64,000 nt of DNA, from positions 186,001-250,000 of the forward strand of contig ML996701.1 in assembly GCA_010356995.1 (NCBI GenBank), given 5' to 3'. Shown piece after piece: positions 10,914 through 22,288 of the stretch. Position 1 is the stretch's first letter. Every line of letters starts with the position of its first letter. Under the pieces are notes generated by a model. The model was not told where the DNA came from. It saw nothing but the letters and a program-made list of their open reading frames with translations, and ran no database searches. The DNA comes from Trichodelitschia bisporula. Taxonomy: Eukaryota. A program made the translations under genes and the position numbers.

Positions 10914-11592
10914 AATCACTGGTTGCACAGCATTGGTTGTGGAATAACATTCATTAAAAGCTTGAAGAACTATGTAAGGGTTTCGCGTGTGAATGTGGAG
11001 TGTGGGGAAGCTGGGGGTGCTAGCGCACAGGCCAGCGCCAAGTCCTTACCCCTGCATGTCTAACTGGGCTGAAATTGCAGGGATCAGGCATCAAGCTTAC
11101 CGAGTCACGTGAGCCATACAGGGCATGTTGCGACTTGACATGGGAGAGATGGTATCCTCCCATGACAATCCTCTAAGCTAACTATATAGCCTGCAATATT
11201 TGCTAAGCAAATATCTAATAGGTAAGCGCTAAGATACTTAGGTAACAAGTATCAACTGCTACTGAGGAAGTTGTAGCGACCTCCATAGGTACCTTCTATC
11301 TAATATACTCGCACCTCGGCCACCCCTGTTCCGGGGTCCCCAGCCATGGGAATATGTGGCACAGGTGGCGCTGTTGCGCTGTGGCGCGTGAAGGCGTTTC
11401 TAGAACAAATGCACGTGCCACGCTACTCAGTCAACCCCCCAGGCGAATGAAGTGCCCAACATCTCCCCCGCAACTTCACAACACCCCATTAATATAACAA
11501 CAAAGCTCTACCCCGCTTCCCCACGCCCCTCACCTGCAGGATATCGACGCTCAACCGTCTCCACCAGTTCTACCATACATTGCGGTTTCGCT

Positions 11593-12792
11593 ATGGCTCC
11601 TGCGACTTTCCACCCCTTCCTCCGACTCCCTCCAGAGCTCCGCGACATCATTTACTCCTTCGTACTCGCTGGCGTTGCCGATATTGACGTGGACGATGAC
11701 CCTGAGATGACCGAACATATTGACAGCCACTACTGGGCCGTTGCACTTTTTGCTGTCAGCAAACAGGTGCATGACGAGAGCATGCGGATCTTTCATACCG
11801 TCAACACGTTTATCACGTTTGAGACTCCATGGGATGACGCCCACTCCGAATTCCGCCTCAAAGATCACGTACAGATCATCGAAACGGCTTTTGGTAGTAC
11901 GCGCCTGCCGCCCGTGTTCCAGAAAGTCCATCTCCACGCCAAGATTGACTCGCAGCGGGTTGGAACAGACCAGTACAGCCGCGGCCGCACTATCGTTCTG
12001 ACTTTTGACGATTTGGAACGGGTGTGCAAGCTCTGGATGTACACCGACATCAATCGCAACTGCGCCCTCAACGGTACACTGCGACTCACCTTGACTGTGA
12101 ACAACCCTGTGGGTCCTGATCCGCCGCCGCTGGCGCTGCAGAAACGGCTGCTCGAACCGTTTGGGTACATCAAAAATCTGCGTGCTCTAGAAGTCAACGG
12201 CATGCAGCATGAGGAAGCGACCATGAGCATGAAGGCGCTAATGGATGTACCTCTTGAACCTGCGGAGGACCGCCTTGCAGCTACCACACAACTCAAGGAT
12301 GAAGGCAACGCGGCTCTCAAGACAGACTCGCGACTCGCAATCAAAATCTACGAGAAAGCATTCGAGAAGTTACACATCATTTGCGAAGGGCGGCGGAGAC
12401 ACGAGTGGGGCGACATCTGGTTTGACCGGACGATGAAGTACGGCGAGTTTGAAGGACAAAACGGCCTCAAAATCCGGACTCAACTGCGCACCCGTCTGGT
12501 CGCCAACGTCATGAAGGCGTACCTCGACATGGGTGAGTTCGAGGAGACAATATTCTGGGGCAAGCGCTCACACAACATCATCAACGGCCATTTCGGTCCA
12601 CACCACGGCCCCATTCCGTCATTTCCGGCTGCCCCTCAGCTCGGCAAGATCTACTATCGTTTGGGCGTAGCCCTGAAGGCGATTGGAGAAACCTCTGAAG
12701 CTCGTCACTACCTGTCCATCGCTCTGAGCTTCCTGCCTGAAGATCAGACAATCAGACAACTGCTCTCCACCGTGCAGCTGACCCTTGGGTAG
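11593..12792 (+). CDS. Uncharacterised protein with N-terminal F-box-like motif and C-terminal TPR repeats (~399 aa)
   Basis: First ATG at 11593: MAPATFHPFLRLPPELRDIIYSFVL. C-terminal LKDEGNAALK...LVANVMKAYL...GKIYYRLGVALKAIGETSEARHYLSIALSFLPED. Intronless open frame. Confidence 0.8.
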   Translation: MAPATFHPFLRLPPELRDIIYSFVLAGVADIDVDDDPEMTEHIDSHYWAVALFAVSKQVHDESMRIFHTVNTFITFETPWDDAHSEFRLKDHVQIIETAFGSTRLPPVFQKVHLHAKIDSQRVGTDQYSRGRTIVLTFDDLERVCKLWMYTDINRNCALNGTLRLTLTVNNPVGPDPPPLALQKRLLEPFGYIKNLRALEVNGMQHEEATMSMKALMDVPLEPAEDRLAATTQLKDEGNAALKTDSRLAIKIYEKAFEKLHIICEGRRRHEWGDIWFDRTMKYGEFEGQNGLKIRTQLRTRLVANVMKAYLDMGEFEETIFWGKRSHNIINGHFGPHHGPIPSFPAAPQLGKIYYRLGVALKAIGETSEARHYLSIALSFLPEDQTIRQLLSTVQLTLG

Positions 12793-13189
12793 CGATTCTC
12801 TCATATGTTTTCGTGGATCGTCCGCTCCTATACCAGTATCACCTCGGGCGAAGAAGCGAATTCTAACAACTCTTAGCTTTGAATTTAGCCCGGCGGGTTA
12901 CACTTCGAGGGGAGTGTTTGTTCACGATCCTGAAGTATCACTTTCGACGGGATGCTTGGCTCACGATCCTGATCAATGAGTTACCATGGGAGGATTGGTT
13001 CACACCAGGAGCCTCTCCAAAAACGGTCACCGTAACTCTGGCTCTTATCCAAGCAGGTTTCGAGCTGCAACAGAAGTACATGTGAATCGGTCACATATCA
13101 GACTTCTTGATTTCACCGAACTAGATACACCCAATAGAATCCAATTGCCCTCCCTTTTTCTCCCCACAAATCTCAGTCCCTAACGTGAC

Positions 13190-13766
13190 TTAAGCAGGCG
13201 TCGGCGCCGCCGCCGCCGCCGCCGGCGCACTCAACGCCTGGAACCCACTAACCCCCTTGCAAATCCCATTGACCATATTCGCATACGCCGCCGCGGCAGT
13301 CGGCTCCGACGCACACGCACTCGGCACACAGCTTGCCGCCGCCGCCGCGAACGCCGTGCCCCCGCACACGCAACTGCGCACCGACGCCGCCGCACTCTGC
13401 GCCGCTGAAATCACGGCTGGGTCGATGCTCTTGGGCGGGCTGGCGCCGGGACCGCCGGCGCCCGTGGGCTTGGGCGGGGCAGCACCGCCGGCACCCTTGG
13501 GCATGCCCGGGAAACCGCCTGCGCCGCCCTTAGGGGCGCAGCCAGCGGCTTGGAAGGGTTGCGCGAGGCAGGAGAAGGCGCTGGGGGGGTTAGCGCGTTG
13601 TGTTGATAGAATGGGGTGGAGTAACGTACCACTTCGGCGGCATGGCGCCTTTCGGCATCTTTGGGGCGCCTCCCTTGGGGAGACCGCCGGCCTTGGGGGC
13701 GCCGGTGGGGGCTTGCGCGGCGATGAGGGTGGCGGTCGCGAGGAGGAGGAGGGCGGAGAACTTCAT
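13190..13766 (-). CDS. Small secreted Pro/Gly/Ala-rich protein with a split CFEM-like 8-Cys domain, 2 exons
   Basis: Signal peptide MKFSALLLLATATLIAA; intron 13629-13581 (GTACGT...GCTAAC...CAG). Spliced Cys pattern PKCAFSC-x9-C-x55-CVC-x11-C-x4-C-x17-C. Confidence 0.8.
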
Positions 13767-16638
13767 TTTGCTTTGTGTGGGTTGAGGTTGGTAATGAGTG
13801 CGTGTGGTAGGGAGTGAGTGTGCTGGGTTGGGGTGTGGTGTTGAGGGCGAGGCTGGTGGTCAAATAGCTTAGTGCCCGCGCTGGCCAAGCAAGTCTTCGG
13901 ATGGGATGTTTCGTGCTTCGGGATATTTTTGATTTACCATGACGTCCCTGAAATATCGCTTCCAGCGCGGGATCTGGCAATGGATGTGGGAGGTTGTAAT
14001 CCGAGGAAGGCGAGGCTGAGATGAATGGGCATGGGCCAATCGCGACGCTCGTGGTGAATTCCAAGAACTGGGTCGGCTGATTCGATACATCATAGAGTGA
14101 TGCCAGTGGTTCAGGAGAGTACAAGCGATATTGTTTTGGTGTTTGGGAGAGAGTGGAGCGGTTGCCATCGGGCGATCGGTGCTGTTCCGTAAAGGGCGGT
14201 TTTGTGGGGAAGCATGATTGGGGCAGTAGGAATTAGGTTGAGGATAGAGGTCTTGGTAGATTACCAGATCGCTACAGGGCAAGACCGGGAACATGTACTC
14301 GGAATAGGGTGAATTGTTGGTGGTTACAGTGTCGAGTTTGGTTAAAGGTCTGCGGATTACAGGCTCGGCCGATGACAGTTGATTGCGAGGAGTTAGCTCA
14401 GCCGAGGGAATAGAGTGCCGCCTTATGTCCTGATCAGCAATGAACTGCGAGGTCGGAAATATGACGGATGCCCAGAGTTGTATCGAACACGGGTATGTGA
14501 GAGAGGTCATATCCAAAGCGGACAGTTAGTGTTGAGTTCACAAGGTTGCTTTCAACATTGTCCGTCGTTGCTGCTGGCCAACAGCAATAAGAAACCACGC
14601 AAGAAACAAGCATGCCGTGTATCGCCATGGCTTCTCGGTGTTTCCAGCTGGTACAGCTTCTATTCATGGACTGACGTCTTGTTCCCTATTCATTGGGATC
14701 GTTGTATCGGATATAAGGTCCAGCCTTGCCCCTGCGGATTCATATCACATTCTGACGTTGATGTACCTTTCCGCAAGGCTGCAACCGGGGGGCCATCCGT
14801 GGAAAATCTATCTGAATTCCAGATTAGCATTTGCACTATGGAACGGGCATGAGCCTTGCGTTGATCTATTCCATGCCTTCCATATAACGATCAATGTACT
14901 TCTGTCGATCGCGATTTCAAACAGGAAAACTCTTTTTCAACTCCATTTCGCTTTGATGAGAGGTCACTGGACATTGCCGGGAATTCCGGATAAAGAGGCA
15001 AGGCAGCTACCTGTTCCGGCTCGTAGTAGTGTTCTTGCACGTGCTTCCGACCAAGGTCGAATGTCTGATGCGACTCAACATCAAACCAGCAGACAACCAT
15101 TCGTCACGGGGAGCTCTCTTACCTTACCAACTTCAATCAAGGCCAGATCCTCAAATTCCCCGCAACAAGGCTAACTCTCGTCCGTCTCAGCCCCAACCCT
15201 TCCATTCACCCTTTCACTCCCCTTTCGAAACGTAAACATCCCACCGACCAAACATCCGCAACCCTACGAAGTTATTCCGACCACACAAACCTTAAAGCCC
15301 CTATCAAGAGCCGTTCTACATTACATAAACCCTCCCGGCACTGCTAACTGACAACTGCCGCACTAACCCCGGGTGCCATCAACCCGCGACCCGCATCCCT
15401 GCCCGCCTCCCGGTCCGCCACCCGCCCCCATGCCAACGACAGCCAGCCCTGCGCCAGCACCAACGGCGGAGAAATACGAACTAGGAACGGCATTAGAAAC
15501 AACGAGAAACCAGCCTCCGGGACACGGGTTCGCCCGTCCTCCCGCTCGTCATCGGCCATAATTCCCCGATGTCCGACTCTGTACCCCGGATGCTCTGCTG
15601 ATGAGGCGCCCAGTGTACGAGAGTCTTGGACTTTGACTCGCAGCTCCTGGCTGTCCAGTTTAGTAACTGTCCACGAGGGATGCCCGGCAGATCGTCGGTC
15701 GCCCGTTGAGGCGCATGTTCCGAGGTCGGCCGACGCAGGACGTCGGTGCTGACGGTTGCGGTCCCTGCATGGCGGTGGGCGGGAAGCGGTCGACGACGGC
15801 GTGATCCGGACGGTAGAACGTTTGTCAGGCACGTTAGTTCGTATTTCACAAGATATAAGCATACCAAGCCTGCTAGCCAGACACATGGGGCGCGCGTGGT
15901 ACCTCATAGCGCGACATTGTGGTGGCCGAGATGCATATAGAAAAAACACCGATGAGATTTGCGGCTGACGGAAGGAGCCGCGAGTAGGGCCCGCTTGAAC
16001 TTGCCAAAACTTGGCATGTCTATTGCACTCATCCTTGCCGGTTATGCATATTTCTGCCTCATGAACAAGTTTCTAACCCTCGCCTGGACTCGCTGTTTAA
16101 CCGGCCCCGGTCACCCCCGTCTGATGTATGTTTGCCTCCAGGGGCCAGTCTGCCTGACAGGCACTGAGGCGGATCTGTGGGGTTTCCCCAGGCCTGCGCG
16201 CAACATGGGAGATTTGGAAAACAGTGATCAAATGCCGCTTAGCAGCTCCCGGGGGTTAGTGGGAAGCGTAGAGGTGGAAAGAAGGGCGGTAAGGATTCGA
16301 TGGCCTAGTTTCATAAGGAATCTACTCAATTCAGTGGTTATAGAGCATGAAGAACTAGGATATACGGGATGTGGCAACAACCCTAGACTATGGCTCCTGC
16401 ACGCCAGGGATAGAAGCCACTGCGCCCAAAAATGCAGCCAAAAATGCAACTAGTTCACGCTGACAGTTGCAGGGCCATCACGGCAGACTGCGTAGTACCA
16501 GGGCAAAGACAGGATGCAGGAGACGACCGCGGTGGAAAACACCAAGAAAAAGTCAAAACCGAACAACCGCAACTACCGCAACTACCAAAACCTCCTGGAG
16601 GGGATTCAATCTCGACAGTCAGAGAACCCGGCCATAGA

Positions 16639-18947
16639 CTATGCACGACTGCCGATGGTGAAGTCACCAAGTAAGTCGAAAAAAGCCCTCAGTTTCGACC
16701 GCAGCTCCGAGTTTTGCGCCCTGAGAGCTTCATTCTCCCGGCGCAAGTCCATGCAGGCAAGCTCCAGCGCCAGGGGGGAGGCCGCTTCTCGTGTCCATCG
16801 GCCATCATGGGAAAGGAAAATTTCGCCGCTCGGGACATGCTGTCTCATATCGTCCAGACTGGGCTCTGGGGTCCTGTAGCTGCTGTGACCGCCAGAATGT
16901 GGCGTGTTTGTCCCTTCCATCATCTCCGCAAACTGGATCCGACCGTCTGGAACCCCGCCAAAGGCAAACGGTCCATCATCCTCGCGCCCACTGTGGTCTC
17001 TAGCATGACTGTAGCCACCGTTCGCATGACCATTGGTGTGTCCATTCGTGAGACTGTCGGTATTGTCACTCGTGTTCACAATGGCGTGACCGTCAACGTT
17101 CGGGCGAGAGTCTTTGTCGCCGGTTTCTGTCCTCTGGCTCGAAGCACTATGGCGACCGGCGTTTTCGGAACTATGCGCCGGCTCTAGCACTGCCACTTGC
17201 TCCTGAGAGCGGCTCCGAGATGTCATTTCGCCAGGATGCGGTTGGACAGCAGGTGCCTCCTTGACTCGTTCTTCGGGCGTGGTGCTATGGCAGTCTGCGA
17301 AAAAGTTTGCCTTCCCATATCCAACACGGAGCATGGGTGTGCTGCTCAGCGACTCCCAGTGGTGCATCAGCAAACCCCACTGAGATGATATCTTGATTTC
17401 CTGGCTACCGCGCTCAAATACTTCCGACCCATACTCGGTGATCGCGTGAGATAGTGACTTCTCGTGTCCCTTGACGGCAAGAATGGCGTTCACATATCTG
17501 CCAGCGTCTTCCATACAGTTATTGAGGCCCTGAGCGCGAAAGGGCATCATCGGATGCGCAGCATCGCCTGCAAGTGTGGCCTTGCCGTTCCAGTTCGGCC
17601 ACAGGACGGGATCTTTCCAATAGCGAATGCGATCGGGCGGGATGTCAGTATCATCAGGGAGCCACAAGACTGCCGAGCGCCAGGGTTCAGCAAACGTTGA
17701 TGCGCGCTCCCTGAACTGCCTCAACCGCTCCTTGTTCGGCTTTGGGTGCTGTGCATCGCCCCATACGGTGAAGAGGCACTGGATCTTCCAGTCCTCGGGA
17801 TGCTCCAAGTTTGGAACGTCAACCAAGGTCACCAGAAACAAGTACGGATGTTCTGGATGTATCGCAAACTTCGCTACGGGATCCAATGTGCCCCGTATGA
17901 AACGCGCCTGTTCAGCAGTGTACTTTTGGCAGACTTAATAGTCAGTATCAAAAACTGCCTTTCAAAGCATGCTCACTGTTGACAACAGTGCAAGGCGCAA
18001 CCGACAACGCTGCTTTCTCCCATCCAAGAAGGATTTCGCGCCCTACACCTTGGACTAAAAGATGTCAAATTGACAATCATTGGTGGTATCGGTACACTCA
18101 CTGCCATCGCAGCATACGACCGTCGTTCCAGAAACGAAGGCTCCATTTCTAAAGTGCACGGTTACGCCCGCGTCGTTCTCCTCGATCTTGGTGGCAGCCT
18201 TGTCGAACTACAGGGGTTAGCAACTGTCAAGTCGTGGTGTTCGGGTTCGCTCACTTGGATGTCGACGCCTTCGGAAAACAGCTTTCGCATCTTGAGCCGA
18301 CTGACGCGACTAGCCGTGCCCCCGGGAATTTTCACTATCAGCTCGGCACTTTGGCCATTGTACAATGGGAGCCAGTCATCTCTGTCCGGTCCGGGGTGGT
18401 CGTGCGGATCCGACCTGATCTCGTCGAACCGTGCTCTCAGCTGCTCCGGCAGCGTATTTTTGATGGAATCGACATCCCTGGCGAGCGACATAGACCAGTC
18501 GCGGTGGCGACTCCAGTACGTATCGGCATTTTCGCGTTCGTGAATAGAGAAAGGGATGCCGTTCTGTAGCAATCAGACGTTAGCGTCATCGCAATTCTAC
18601 CTAAGGAGACAGTGGATGTGCTGGTTGCGGGGTCCGGCAACAAGTAACTCCGAGCGGAAGTGCAACCTCACACCCCGGGCTTGCTGAGGCATCATTACTT
18701 TTCCTACAGGTTTGAAGGAGTGTTCCGTCTTCCAAGCTCTATGAGAAAGCCGAAAGAGGAGTGCGAATTCGTACCTTTTTGAGGCCCTGGGCGATGAGGA
18801 GTCCAGTCTGTAGAGGAGTTAGCAATCAGTCCTTCACAGTACAGCATCAGGGACCCTTACAGTTCCGGCGCCCAAGATAATGACATGTAGGTTGTCGCCT
18901 GTCACGGCCCCGGTCTGTTGAGATCGATGGAAGGATTTGCGCGGCAT
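16639..18947 (-). CDS. FAD-dependent monooxygenase (salicylate hydroxylase/zeaxanthin epoxidase-like), multi-exon, long C-terminal extension
   Basis: Spliced N-terminus LHVIILGAGT-TGLLIAQGLKK-NGIPFSIHER (GxGxxG); TTVVCCDG; GD motif ATLAGDAAHPMMPFRAQGLN. Several canonical introns between ~17930 and 18860; exact inner boundaries not all resolved. Confidence 0.85.
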
Positions 18948-21900
18948 AGAGATGGAGGCTCTCCAAGGCGAACGCGTCAAAAATATGGATTTGTATGGTG
19001 AGATGCGGGGACAGGTCGTCTAGGTGAGGAATAGGGAGTTGAGTTTACAAGTAAAGATCAGCTTTGTGGCAGACTCGATCAGGGGTTGCATTGTGTTCGC
19101 AAGAAATAAGCTGTCATCGTGGTCCACAGTTGCAACTGTCTGGCGAAGAAGGGAGGAACGGATGGGAAGGCAGACGAGCACGCTTCACAGTGCGTGTTGG
19201 GTTCTCGCTCTTGTTGGCACAACGCAAGGCTCTGCAAGACCATTGGAGACCATTGGAGTGGCCACTAGCTAGCTAGCTAGTCCTCCCTTTGCGTGATTAC
19301 TGCCGCGAGCCATGGAAATCAGCATACTGGCATCCAAGAGTCCAAGTAACGGTCATCAATAGCAATTGCGCTACGATGAACCCTCTGGCCGACTTGAGGT
19401 CCATATTTTGGTAAATTTGCATTCCCCAGACTTATCTTTCCGTCCGACAATACCATGGGCTCGACGGTGGTCCCACAAAAAAGACTACCGGTCAGTGGCG
19501 GCTGCCCTTCAATCAAGACAGAACTGGCGGTCGTGATGAGCTAAGCGTTGAATGTAGTCGTGGAAGGTCACGCCGACATAGGACAGTGTTGATACCGACT
19601 GGGCCAGCGAGGCAGCGATGGGGCTGGTGCCTATCTGACGTCATTGAGCGTGTGAGCACCGAACTTATAATGCGTCCCCAATTTACCCATATCCTCCAGG
19701 CTATGAATACAACAGTCAAGATCATTTGGCGAACCCTAATGCCATCCCTCTTCAACGTTAGAGAAAGCTATCCCCAATCAACGTTGACCAGCGCGTTCTG
19801 CAGCGTCAGAGAAGCTCGTGTGATAACCTTCGGGGACTTCACGACGACATGCAGATGGCTGACCGTGACAATCCCGCTCGGGCCGTTACCATTTCCAGTC
19901 ATGCAAGTAAGGTTAACTGAGCACCAGAGGTTTGTATGCGCGGCACGGTAGGTTTGAGCCGGCCTGGACCTCGGCTACAAAGTGCAAGAGCGGGAGGTGC
20001 TCTTCTTGCTCCCCTACCATCCAGCTTCCATGTCGCAATGGAGTTGTCCGGTTGTCTGGTGTAGCCGATACGTCTCCACCTAGGAGTATCATGTCGCAAT
20101 CGCCGCCGTTTCGCAAATCTAACCCGATAGGCCACTTTGAATTGTTGGCGCTTTCAGTGATAAAGAAGGACACATCATAGGCGGAGTCGAGGACGAAAGT
20201 TCGAAGTTCAGTTAAGGTGGACGGCCAAGATATGCTTAGTCATGGTGTCTCTTTTCAAAATGTAGCGTGCACTTGGAGGCAGGGATCAACAAGTGCCGTC
20301 TCGTCCCGAACTCCTCGTGCCCCTCATCACTTGCACCATCGCAACATGCTCACTACATCCGTACTACCCACCGTCTTCCGGCCGAAGCTGAATCGCAGCA
20401 TCTCCGAGCTATTTCGCACGGCCCAGACTGCATAATCCGACAATCTTGAATTCACCCCCATCTCTTTTGACGCGAGAAAATGCCTGCATAGCTTGTGGCT
20501 TGGACGCTGTCGATCGTCATTACCGCACCACCCACCCCGCCTCGACAGGCTTCCAAACCAGGCATGGATTGCGATGCCGGATCTCGGGTTCACGACTCAA
20601 GCTCCAGCTTAGCTCCGCGGAGTAAGCTCCTCCGCTCAGCGCTCTCTGGTTATTTTGATCCTTCGCCTACATAGCTACAGTAGGCTAGACGTCGTGTACT
20701 ACCGTACCTGGAGGCCAGGCCATCATCAACAAAAAAACTCCACCATACCTTGCCATAATCACGTCTCATCTGATTGCAGTAAAACGGGTTATGCAACATC
20801 GTAACGCCACTTCCGAATGCCCCGCCTTTCGTCGTCTTCCCGAGGATGTCAGTTCGACACGGCTTTGCTGGCTGTTTTGCAACCGCCTTGGGGCAACGAC
20901 AAACGCACCGAGCCCCCATGGCAGCCCTCTAGCCCTAGACGTAGTCACAGTGGTACGTTGCCGTATGTCTACCGGAACTGGGCCGATGTTGCTAGGGCTC
21001 GAGTGGCCTCTTCCGTAGCCATCCAAGACAAGCACGGTCCAGAAAACGGCCGTATGATGTCCAGTACGAGGTATCCAGCAGTGGAAGCTCGGCCTATTGG
21101 GGTTTCTGGCCATTTCTCTGCTACTGGGCCGTAGCGCAGGCAGCCGCAACTCCGGTTCTAGGACTTCGATCCTCGACGTCTTATGAAATCCTTGTATAGC
21201 CCGTAATATTTCACAGCCCCCAGCGTCGTCGATTCCTTTGCTCTTCTATGTAACTTCTGGCAAGCCACCCCCAAAGGTCCCATTACCACGAGTCTCGACT
21301 GCCGTCTCCTCCGGGCTCATCGTTGCAGCCGCAGCCATGATATGCACTCCCTTCGAGGGTCAAGCATCACTGCATTGCGGCTGACCAGGTTTCGAACCCC
21401 TGTTCTTTTCGGTACGCCTTGCCGTGAGCAATTCAAGGCCACCAAGACAGTCATGATGGCCGCCGCAGTCCGAACATGTCCGGTCGGGCGCTTACTGTGA
21501 GGAGGTGTCCCGAGCTCTCGGAACATCGTATTCCCAGCATGTCGAAGCAGACGACACTAACAGATGATGCAGGTACTAGACCGCCTCAGCCAGCCATCTA
21601 GTCACCCGAAGCGCAGGTGTCCGTTTCGAGGTCACGCTCAGGATGCTATCTACGAAGGCAGCACCCGGAAGCCTTCTCAGCTCGCGCCACAAACACAATC
21701 CCTCGAGGGTCGCTGAGCACTAGCAACCATCGGGTCGGGTTCTAGAAGACGTTTGAAGGTTCCCACTCATCTCTTTCCTCCTGCAGGAGGAGCCTTCCAT
21801 GACTAAGTTCGAGGCATACAAGTACCCTGCGTTGCTAGACCTCTCCACAGTCGGCCTCAAGGACCTTGATGTCGATCATCCGGTCCATCGAGCGCTTTCT

Positions 21901-22176
21901 CTGAGCTATACTGCTGGTATGAAGTATTTTTACCATTATGCCAATGTGCCCCTGCCTGGGTCCCTTGGCAGCGGGGAATTTGCCATCGTATTCTTCGGCA
22001 TCTGAACACAGCCCTCTGTGTCTCAGCAGCGGACTTCACCTCGCCTAGAGCCGCCGTCGACGGCACCATGGAGGACTCGAGCACCAGTGTCGTGGTATGC
22101 ATGGCCTGGTGGCTTGATCCCTCCCTCGCTGTCCCAGGCGGGCCGTTGGGGGGGTGCGGTAGGGGGATGGTGTGTC

Positions 22177-22183
22177 TATAAAA
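22177..22183 (+). promoter_or_regulatory. Candidate TATA box of the laccase gene
   Basis: TATAAAA about 110 bp upstream of the ATG at 22289, followed by a CT-rich tract. Confidence 0.5.
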
Positions 22184-22288
22184 GTTGGTCGATTTCTCGT
22201 GGGAAAGACAGTATACGCTCTTTGTGCTTTGCTAACAGAGTTCGACCCTATTCTGATCACCTCTTCCCTTCTCGTTCTCTCTCTCACG

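Noticed and set aside
18565..18775. Recursive or twin intron (internal TAG|GTAG) in the monooxygenase long intron
   Set aside because: The downstream piece would be only ~37 nt and no clear internal branch site was seen.
19265..19280. (CTAG)4 palindromic microsatellite
   Set aside because: Too short to distinguish from chance slippage.
21375..21415. tRNA-like GGTTCGAA on the minus strand
   Set aside because: The T-stem does not pair and no cloverleaf can be built.
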